This document shows, piece by piece, positions 14,547 to 24,809 of a stretch of DNA of 64,000 nt (position 1 is its first letter; each line of letters starts with the position of its first letter). The DNA comes from Camelus dromedarius (Eukaryota). The position numbers and the translations under genes were made by a program. The stretch spans positions 83,330,001 to 83,394,000 of the forward strand of contig NC_087437.1 in the NCBI RefSeq assembly GCF_036321535.1, in the 5' to 3' direction. Under the pieces are notes generated by a model. It saw nothing but the letters and a program-made list of their open reading frames with translations, was not told where the DNA came from and made no database searches.

Positions 14547-15243
14547 GTTGAGCACTTTTTCATATGCCTGTTGGTCATCTGTATGTCTTCTTTGGAAAAA
14601 CATCTATTTTATTTAGGTCTTACATCCATTTGTCAATTGGGTGTTTGTTTTTTAGATACTGAGTTGGATGAGCTGTTTGTATATTTTGGAATTAACCCCT
14701 TGTTGGTTGCATCATTTGCAGATATTTTCTCCAGTTCTGTAGATTTTCTTTTTGTTTTGTTGATGGATGGTTTTGTTTTGTTAATTCTGCTGTGCAAAAG
14801 CTTTTAAGTTTAATTAGCTCCCACTTGTTTATTTTTTTTGCTCTTATTTCTTTTGACTTGGGAAACTGACCTAAGAGAATATTGCTATGATTTATGTCAG
14901 AGAATGTTTTGGCTATGTTCTCTTCTGGGAGTTTTATGGTGTCATGTCTTATATTTACATCTTTAAACCACTTTGAGTTAATCTTTGTATATGGTGTGAA
15001 GGAGTGTTCGAATTTCATTGATTACATGTCCAGCTTGCCCAACACCACTTGCTGAAATGAGTATCTTTTCTCCACTGTATACTGTCTGAGGTTAATTAGC
15101 TGTAGGTGTGTGGGCTTATTTCTGAGTTTTCTATTCTAGTCCATTGATATTTATGTCTGTTTTTGAATCAGTACCATGCAGCTTTGATTACTGTAGCTTT
15201 GTAGTATCATCTGAAGTCAAGGAGAGTTATGTCTCCAGCTTTG
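14547..15243 (-). mobile_element. L1 ORF2 3' fragment
   Basis: Minus ORF 14692-15018 ([33 protein letters not shown]) is L1 ORF2 C-terminal sequence. Confidence 0.9.
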
Positions 15244-17089
15244 TGAGTTGGGGCTGAGGGCTGAGGGCCAAGACACTGTGGTTGCATGAAGGAATCAACT
15301 TCCACTTCCAATCAGGTCTGATTCTTCCCCTATCTTCTATCTTTCCCTCCATCTTCAGAGGCCAGAAGAGGCAGACTTTTCCCCCTATTATGACATGTCC
15401 TCCTTTTAACAGAGTATCAAATTTAAGATCCTCTAGTCATAGACAGAAAAAGCAAGAAGTGAGTTTACCAAATCTGGTATATCTTTCATAAAAGACGTAC
15501 CAAAGGAGGAAATAAATGAATTTAGAAAGCCTACTCTTAAGAGTTGCTAAAAAGCAATTACTAGCTTTTTCCACCATGAAAAGAAACATGTTAAAAATAG
15601 AAAATTAAAATTTTATTGTTTAATATTTGCAAAAATATTATCCTATTGACTCTGGAACTCCCTGTGACTGTCTCTAGGGGGACTGTGAAGATGGCAGTCC
15701 TGCTATATATATATCAGCATGTGCTGACAAAAGAATACAAATTGTAATCGTCTGCCTCTAGATTATACTCCAAGTTAGTAATAGTTTTTCTAGAAGTAAT
15801 AAAGGTAATAGAGAAGGTCTGTACATTAACATATAGCCATTGTATAGCCAAGACTAAACAGTGTATGGCATATTAAAAAAGAGAGAGAAGAAGATTTACC
15901 ACTGGCCTTGACTGCAGAAAGATGGAGACAGAAATTCCTAAGAGAATCAGTAAACATGGAACAACCTGCTTAAAATGAGCCCACACAGGAGAAGACAGAG
16001 CTCCGATGCAGTGAGAGGAACCAGGATCTGGGGAAAATGAGCCCCATCAATGTCCTGAATGCAGCCTGTCCCACTGTGGGCTTTTGGGTTCTGCGACTCA
16101 ACAAACTATTTATTTCTTCAAATTAAAAAAAAATAGGTTAGAGGTGAGGATAATGTGTTATGTATATGGGGACATCTTTTCCTTATTCATTCACTAGGAT
16201 ATTCACAAAGCTATATGGAATAAGATCAGGAAACCCAAAAGGCTAAATGGCAAGACAGAAAATACACAAAGCTTTTGTAAGGAAAACAAGACAATTTAAG
16301 TTATGTAATTATGAGCTGAACAAGAACACCTGCTATTTCAGGTTGTGAATTCCAGAGGGGAAAATGTATTTACTTGGTATATGCATGTTGGAAACAAGGT
16401 ATTCAGTAGGATTACATAATAAATTGAAAGGGAAATATTTTAAAGACTCAGAACTTCTTACTGTATTGCAGGAAAATTCACTGTTTTAAGTATTTACTAG
16501 TTTTATAGCTTTCAATGAGCACAATACAGATTTAAGAATTTTCAAATTACTTTTAAGTCTAGAAATATTCATTTCAAATCCCTCAGGAGGAATATATATT
16601 GTCATATTTACTCTAACAATATTAATTTGGTGTACATATTGTTTGAATCTTTATAAATAGCCACTAAAGATAAGGTTTTGAAAAATTACTTCCTCAAGAA
16701 TTATTTCAGAGGGCATGAGTACTTTTTAAACAGAAGATTTACATGAGTCTTCTTGTAAAAGAACATAAGTTCAAAAGAGTTTTAATTATGCATATCTGGA
16801 AACCAAAGAGCTTGTTCATGTTACAAAGACTTTGTAAATTGGGGGGTTCAATTTCAGTTCCATCCTTAGGGATGATCTTAAAACAAGAAAAAGTGATGTC
16901 TGTTCTTAATGTATTCATTAATTATAATGATGATCACTTTAACTTATTAACTAAGACGAACATATCTGTTATAAATATTATTATTCATTCACTTAACAAC
17001 TATTCATTTGCTATTATGAGAGCCAGTTATTATGTTTTATTTAAACAGAGTAAAAAGGAAAGAATAATGAAAGATGACCTGAAAAATAT

Positions 17090-18013
17090 TTATTTCTTTA
17101 CCATTTTTCTAAGTGCACCTAAAACTTCCTTGTTCCTTAGGCTATAAATAAAAGGGTTTAGCAGGGGAATTATAATTGTGTAGAACAGTGAATACATTTT
17201 ATTCTGATATTGATCTGCGCCACACCCAGGACACACGAAAGTGAGGAAGAGAGTGCCGTAGAACAAGGAAACAGAGAGCAGGTGGGCACCGCATGTAGAA
17301 AAGGCTTTGCTCCTGCTCTTTTCAAACTTCTTTTTCAGAATGGCAAAGAGAATACGAGTGTAAGAAACTATAATGGACATAAAAGTAAAAGCTTGTATAA
17401 AAATGGCAGAAATAAGAACTACCAGTGCATTAATAGATGGGTGAGTGCATGAAATTGTGAAAAGTGGCAAGATTTCACAGTAGAAATGATGGATTATATT
17501 GGATCTGCAGAAAGTTAATCTAATTAACAATCCTACATGAATCACAGGATGAAGAAAACCAATTACATACGACACACTTATCAACCAAGTGCAGAGTCTG
17601 GTGGACATCACCACTGGATAAAGCAAGGGCTTGCGTATGGCCACATAGCGGTCATAGGCCATCACTACCAGGAGGAAACATTCTGTAGTTGCACTGGAAG
17701 CAAAACAATAAAATTGAGCGATGCATTCAACCATGGATATTGTGTGATCCTTAGATAAAAAATTCATCAGCATCTTGGGGGTCACGGAGGATGAAGAACA
17801 GGCATCTGCAAAGGCTAAACTGCCCAGGAAGAAGTACATGGGGGTGTGAAGGTGGGGGTCCTTCCAGATGAGAAAAATCAGTCCAAGGTTGCCCATCATA
17901 GTGGTGAGGTAGATGCCCAAGAACACCAGAAACAGTGGGACCTGCAGTCCTGGAAGATCTGAAAGTCTTGTGAGAACAAACTCAGTCACCAGCGTCTTGT
18001 TTGCCTCCATCAT
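17090..18013 (-). CDS. Olfactory receptor, OR5AC-like (OR2), intact 307 aa, chimeric
   Basis: OR motifs present. The track start at 18019 is GTG; the first ATG is at 18013 (MMEANKT). Acceptor TTCCATTCTCCCATTGCAG ends at 18031. Confidence 0.92.
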   Translation of the reverse strand: MMEANKTLVTEFVLTRLSDLPGLQVPLFLVFLGIYLTTMMGNLGLIFLIWKDPHLHTPMYFFLGSLAFADACSSSSVTPKMLMNFLSKDHTISMVECIAQFYCFASSATTECFLLVVMAYDRYVAIRKPLLYPVVMSTRLCTWLISVSYVIGFLHPVIHVGLLIRLTFCRSNIIHHFYCEILPLFTISCTHPSINALVVLISAIFIQAFTFMSIIVSYTRILFAILKKKFEKSRSKAFSTCGAHLLSVSLFYGTLFLTFVCPGCGADQYQNKMYSLFYTIIIPLLNPFIYSLRNKEVLGALRKMVKK

Positions 18014-19845
18014 ATCCACTCAGGCTATCACTGCAATGGGAGAATGGAAATGAAAAAAATTAATCAAGTTTCACGAAAACTTATCTTGGGTGACAATTTT
18101 TCTCATATTTCTCTCAGATGCACATTACTGAACAAATACAAAGGTACAGGGTTTCTCTTTTTCTAGACACACTTAAGAATATTATAAGTACATTTAAACA
18201 ATTTTTAGAAGTACAGACTATTTTAAAGGCACATATATAAAATTACTTAAAAGAATTATTGAGGCAGCTGTAGCACTAATTGACTTGGTCAATAACTTGT
18301 CATTCATAAATTTTTAAAACTGTATTAATAATGAAATGTTATACTGAATTAAGAATAAAAAATATATAATACGTTTTATAACAAAATCTCTAAAAAGTGA
18401 GGCTCTGTTTTAGGATCAAAATTTTTCTATTTTAAAGGAACTCTTTCATATATTTTCTATTGAACAAAAAATGAGCTGTATCTTTACACTACTGTTATAC
18501 ATAATTATTTCCTCCTAAGGCATTAATGGTAGAGTAGTAAGAAGGTTAAAATACCATTTCTGCTATTTTCTATCCATTATCATTATTATGTTTGATTTTA
18601 TATACATCAAAATTACCCCAAATTACTGTAAGACTGATTATACATGCATCAAAACCACTATAAATTTCAAAAAGACTCTTGTTAATTTTATCCAATAAAC
18701 TCTCATATGTGAACATAATCATTCATTCAGTCATTAAGTATTTTTAGTGCCTCCTAAGCCAGAACACTGTCATTTCTAGCTTAGTCACATATAGTAACCT
18801 CTAACCCAGGGGTTACACTGAGATGCCAAAATAACCCCTCTTTTAAGAAGAGAGAAAAAACTGACACTAGCCAGTTCACCTGCAGGTTTGGGAAGGATCT
18901 AAGCAATGTTGTTGAATATGCCAAATGAAAAATTATCATGCTGTTAACCAAGAATGTTTTTAATATGTCAGAGGCACATAATCCTAAAATAATTGTAATG
19001 TTTTTTCCTGCTCTTTTTGAGATTACAACCGAGAATATCAAAAGTCAGAGGATTAAAACATTACAAAAAACACTACAGTGGAAAAAATAGTGTTTTCGAG
19101 CTGTTTCAATTTAAATAATAAATATTACCAATTTTGCTTAAAACCATATCAAATGAGGAGAGAGGTCAACTACATTAATAAATGATAACTAACATAAAGA
19201 TAGGCAAGGCAGAAAAGAGCCCCAAACTAAAAATGTATCTGTGAGTTTGATAATCCTGAGAAGAAAATGAGAAGGCTAAGTCCTGTGGAAATCAGGGGGG
19301 TAAATCTAAGTTCACATGGTCACAATGCATTTCATTTATGACAGAATATGCACAACTCTAAACATAAAATATATTTTGTGTATTCAAACCCCTGCCTCAG
19401 TTATGTAAAGGACGGTCCAGCCATTTAGAAATAGCTGATCTAAGTGTATTATCATGCAGGGGAATACCTACAAGTCTTGGATTCACCATTCTCTGGCTTT
19501 CATGACATGTCTAGTCAAGTGGGAGTCATTCCAACACATTTTTATTTCTATAACCTAGTCACCAATTCTGCACAATGTAGCTGAAGATTTGACTGCCAAG
19601 TCTCTGCTGTCCTAAAACATTTTCTTAAAGTGCCTGCTATGTAATTCAAAGAGAGGAAACAACCTGGAAATTTTAAGGAATATAGAGTTTATGGAAAATT
19701 TAGTTCTGACAAGAATAATCTTTCAACAGTAAATGCATAGAAGATGGGGGTATTTTCTACGAAAAGTCAAATAGAGGCTTTTATTTTTTTCTTTTAAAAG
19801 GGAGACTGCACTGAAAAAAAAAACAGCTCTTCTGCATCTTCATAG

Positions 19846-20318
19846 TGTTGACTGAAATAAATGCACAGCCTGAAAGTTAAGAGTTAGGTTTTATTTGACA
19901 GGAGGACTCAAGCTGGGATGACAGCCTCTCAGATCACTCTGAGGGACTGCTCCAAAAAGGTAGGGAAGGAGCTAGGATATATAGGAGCTTTACAACAAAG
20001 ACCTTGGAACAATGAAAGATTACTTGTTAACTAAAGAAAACCAGGCATCTCAAGTTAAAGAATTTAGTGCTTTTCTATGTAGGGGAGGAAGCAAACATTT
20101 GGGTTCATTGAATTCATTCCTTTGACATGCATCTAGCTATCTAGGGCCAGTATCCTGTCCTTTCTTATTCTGAGTCCCCTCAGGGTGCATCATTGTTAGT
20201 GGCTGCAGAGGCTGGGCTCAGGCTTGTCTTCACTGGGGGGGTGGCAGTAGCTACTGATGGCTTGATGGTTTCAGCATTCTTTGTTTACTGATATGGTTTG
20301 TAGTATTTTTCTTTCACA
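19846..20318 (-). mobile_element. Solo LTR (ERV1-type), 473 bp
   Basis: TG...CA termini; 4-bp TSD ATAG (19842-19845, 20319-20322); empty site CTTCATAGGGAA in the paralogous copy near 39105; AATAAA on the minus strand. Confidence 0.85.
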
Positions 20319-21516
20319 ATAGAGAACAGGAAAAGAGAAAATGATTGTTTGATATTTACATTAGACTTTAAAAAGTACAAAAAGGAGAGGCTGGTAACAT
20401 TGGCAGTAATTATTGAGTGAGCACACTGTGGTCAAATCGCTGAAAGGATCGCATTTTTCTTGTTTTACATTCTGCCTAGAATATAATAATGAAGTATGGT
20501 TCTGGGCAGATGTGGGGAACTCTTTCTGCATATTTCCAGAGAAGTATGATCTAATCAAGGACAAGGCTGAGGACAAAGGCATAGACTGCTCTTAAAAGCC
20601 CCATAACCCTATTATTCTTCACTGTTGGAAAACCTGGATTCTGTGAAAGTATAGTAAAGGCCAGAATGAATGCTACTTTTAAAGACACAGAGTATGAAAC
20701 AGATTGGTTCTATAACTCATTATCCTGGCAAAGAAAATGTTCAAAGGTATGTAACAATATTTCTGAAGCTATGAGTCAGTTCCATCTCTAAATTACTGAA
20801 TGATTATGCCTAAACCAATTATGACCTTGTTTTAAGGTTCTCATCTGTAAAGTACTACATTTTCTAAGGAACATCTGCCCACAGTCTATGAGACTATGAC
20901 TCTTCTTTGCTATTTAGTATATAGCAGAACAAAGCAGTTAAGCACACAAACATCTTATGTAAGACTGTGAGTCCAAATCTTAATTCTACAGATATATAAT
21001 TTTGTATCCAGAAAGATTCAGAAGATTAAATATAATATTTATTTAACCACTCAGTTCCAGATTACTTTCTATTCCATTTGTTAGATAAATCATGCTGAAA
21101 TTTTTTTTTACAGATATATTGACAGCTCATGAGAGAATTTTGGTACTAAAATGATATATTATCACATTTCATGGAAAGAATAATGACAATGAAATAAAGC
21201 ACTGCATTCTCACCTAATTCCTATATGAAGATCCAGAGTTGCCATAAAATATAGATTTTCATGGAGTATTCAAGGTACAAGAATGAAAGTATCAAGGCAA
21301 TTATTCATTGCAAATTAAATTTCTTGGAAAATATACCTTGAAGGAAATGGTATTTATATCCTCCTATCTTCAAATCTGTTTTGAAGAGATGATACTGAAA
21401 TTCCCTCAGTGCCATCAAAAGATTCCCTGTAGAATAAAGTCAACCTACTGGGCACTTTACAATAATCAGCAAATCACTTCAAACATACCCTTTTACAACT
21501 ATTAATTTTATAGCTT

Positions 21517-21888
21517 TGTTACAGAAACGACAGGCCAGCCAAGAAACAAGCACCACTCGGAGGGTTGGAGTACTCAGATTTATTATGCCGGCGGGCTCAG
21601 GGGGGCTTCTGCTCCAAAGCTCTGAACACCTCAAAGACGTGTGCATGAGGTTTTATAGGGTTAATTATAAGTTTGTGGTATTTGGCCTATAGGCATAGAA
21701 TAGCTTTAGCAGCATCATTATCACAAAAATAGAGGCAGAGAGCAGCAAACCAACATTTCAAGACCAGATAGTCTCTCTGAAAATCCAGCTGGTTAGGAAA
21801 AAAAAAAAAAAAAATGAGCAGGGAATCAGCAAACCGACACTTATTAATTTACATTTATGAGTTAGCCCAGCCTGGCTTTTCCTTCACA
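21517..21888 (-). repeat. ERV 3' LTR (372 bp)
   Basis: TG..CA ends; preceded on the minus strand by polypurine tract AAGAGGGGGGGA (21889-21900); about 90% identical to 27401-27778. Confidence 0.95.
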
Positions 21889-21899
21889 TCCCCCCCTCT

Positions 21900-22720
21900 T
21901 GAGGCTTTTACAACCCTTGTTGGAGTAAGCATTTTTCACCTGCTGCAGGGGCTCATAATTGGAGGCTAACATCTGGTGTTTTATAGCCTCTACCCGCTCA
22001 CTGACAAAGTGGGTCAGGAAGTTTAGGACACAGGGCCCAAATAGCAGAACTGCAAAAATCAGGAGTAAGGGTCTTATGAACAGTGCCAGCCAGGAGGTCC
22101 AGCCCCAGGGGCCTGTCCATGGGCTCTTGTCTAAAATATGTTTCCTCTTTTCCACTCGGTCTTGTAACTCTTGAACCATCCCTCTGACAATTCCTGATTC
22201 ATTGGCATAAAAACAGCACTCTTCATTTAGGAAGAGGCATAGTCCCCTCTCTTTGGCCATGAGTAGGTCCAGACCCCTCCTGTTTTGTAAGACCACCTCT
22301 GCCAGAGTCAATCTGATTTTGCAGAGCTCCCAGGGTTTCTGCTGTTCATTGGAGATCTTGGCTGAACTCACCTGTAAGCTGATAATAGTAGTAAGAGGAT
22401 GAGGCTATGCCACCGAGTCCTGTGCCCATCCCTGTTGTCATTTTGAGCCCCACTAGCAAGGGAAGTGAGGGCATTAGTGTCAGTAATATCAGCCTTATGA
22501 TTGTCTTAGACAAAATGTTGCAGTGATGGCACTCATTATAACAAGGTATAAAATAGCTATCAGGATCTTACGGCCTACATTCCAGTCAGATGGGATGGTG
22601 CTGGCTAGCCCCACTGCTAATACGCAGTCTAGTATAGCAAACAAGGAAAGAGGCAAGGGGGCACAAAAGAAATACATTTAACAGCTTCGTTGAGCTTTCC
22701 TCAAGCTGCGGCTGTGCATT
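21900..22720 (-). pseudogene. env: ERV env remnant (leader plus TM subunit, most of SU deleted)
   Basis: Immunosuppressive domain LAEVVLQNRRGLDLL, CX6CC motif CLFLNEECC, TM segment LLFGPCVLNFL; frameshifted. Confidence 0.9.
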
Positions 22721-22739
22721 GACTAGTCAGCTTCTGGGT

Positions 22740-24809
22740 GTGGCTAGAGCAGGGCTCGTCAATCTTTTTCTGGTCTCTCTTGATCTTGATCTTGAGTGGG
22801 CCTCCTGGGACGCTCTCAATTCTCCAGGGACCCTGTGTCTGAGGTGAAGTTGCTCTCTTAACCCTGGAGTGGTGGATCCAAGGGATGATTCTTGCAACTT
22901 TAATAACAGCTGTAGGGGTAGTTAATACCACTAAATATGGTCCCTTCCATGTTGGTTTCAGAGGTTCCTTTTTCCAATCCTTTACCCATACTTGGTCACC
23001 TGGTTTATGGGGATGCACTTGGACTTCTAATGAAATGGGGGTTCTCTCTATTACCCAACCCCAAACTTCCCATAGTCCTTGTCCTAGTCCCAACAGTTGT
23101 TGGTGGAACCCTAAATTTCCTATCTCCAGGGTGGGATTTCCCACAAAGGATTTCAAAGGGAGAGTACCCAATATTAAGTCTTGGGGTGTATCTAATTCAC
23201 AACAGAGCCAGGGGTAAAATGTCCACCCAGGGGAGCTGGGTTTCTTGGCTGATTTTAGCTATCATTTATTTTTAGAGTTCTGTTCATTCGTTCTAACTTT
23301 CCTGAGCTTTGAGGCCGGTATGCTGTGTGTAGGTTCCAATGGGTGCTCACTGTCTTTGCCACTTGCTGCACAATCTCTACCACGAAGGTGGGTCCATTGT
23401 CGGACCTGATGTAGGTAGGCATTCCAGACCGAGGGATGACATCCCTGAGGAGGGCCTTTGTCACCTCCCTTGCTTTCTCTGTCCTGGTGAGGTAGGCTTC
23501 TACCCACCCTGTGAAGGTGCAGACAAAAGCCAGCAGGTACTTATATCCCTTACTGGGCCCAAGTTCAGTAAAGTCCACTTCTAAATCTTTGAGGGGAGCC
23601 AATCCACAACGTTGTACTCCCATTGGCCCAGTGGGCCCTTGTTTTGGATTGTTTTGAGCACAGAGCAAGCAGCATTGGGAGACTGATGCACACAGAGTAG
23701 GGAGACGAGAAATCAGGAAATACCGCTTTAGCAGGGCCTACAAAGCCATTTTTCCCATATGTGTGGCTTCGTGTTGTTGTTGTACTATGTGATAAGCTAG
23801 TCGTTCTGGGATGAAAACCCTTCCATCCATTATGATCCACTATCCATCCTTTCCTTTCTTCCATTGTTCGGCCTGTGCCCACTTGTTTTCATCGTCGCAA
23901 TATTCTAGGGTAGTGGGTAGCTCTGGCGCTGCCATAATTTTTATTACTGGGTGTTCCAGGGCAGCTGCCTCTCTTGCCTTTTGATCAGCCAGACTATTAC
24001 CCTGGTTCACAGGGTTATTTCCTTTTTGGTGTCCCTTACAGTGAATAACGGCCACTTCCTTTGGATCCCATACTGCCTCCAGTAACTGTAAAATTTCTTC
24101 TTTGTTTTTTATTTTTTTCCCCCAGCAGTCAAAAGTCCTCTCTGCTTATAGATGGCTCCATGTACATGCAAGGTTGCAAATGCACATTTGGAATCAGTGT
24201 ATATATTGACTTGTTTTCCTTTCCCTTCCCTTAGTGCCTGGACCAGTGCCCACGTCTCTGCTCACTGAGCAGACCATCCTGGGGGAAGGGATTCTGCCTT
24301 TATTAATAATCTCTCATGTTGTTGTTACAGCGTAAGCTGCTCGTCATTGTCCATCCTGCACGCAACTGCTGCCAGCTGTGAAGAGTTCTAGGTCTGGGTT
24401 TTGCAGGGGCTTGTCAGTTAGATCAGGCCTACTCGCGTACTCTTCTTTGATGATTTTTTACGGTTGTGGTTAGGCTACCCTTCCCCCTCAGGCAAATATG
24501 TGGCTGGGTTTAAGGTTCGCACAGTCTCTAGACAGACTCTTGGATTTTTACATAGAAGCCCCTGGCAATGGGTCATTCTTGTGTTATTTATCCATTTGTA
24601 ACCTGGGCAGTTCATCAGGGCCACAACAGAGTGGGGCACTTTTACATTTAAAGTCTGTTCCAGGGTGAGTTTGTCTGCTTCGTTGACCAGGAGGGCTGTG
24701 GCAGCCAGGGTCTGCAGACAGGGTGGTCATCCTGATGCCACAGGGTCCAGTCTTTTAGACAAATAGGCCACAGGGGGCTGCCATGGCCCCACATTCTGAG
24801 TCAGGACTC
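22740..24809 (-). pseudogene. pol: ERV pol remnant (connection, RNase H, integrase; RT core absent)
   Basis: [79 protein letters not shown]; multiple frameshifts and stops. Confidence 0.93.

Noticed and set aside
21862..22371. A syncytin-like domesticated env
   Set aside because: SU is largely deleted, the fusion peptide is out of frame with the ISD, and the ORF runs into the LTR
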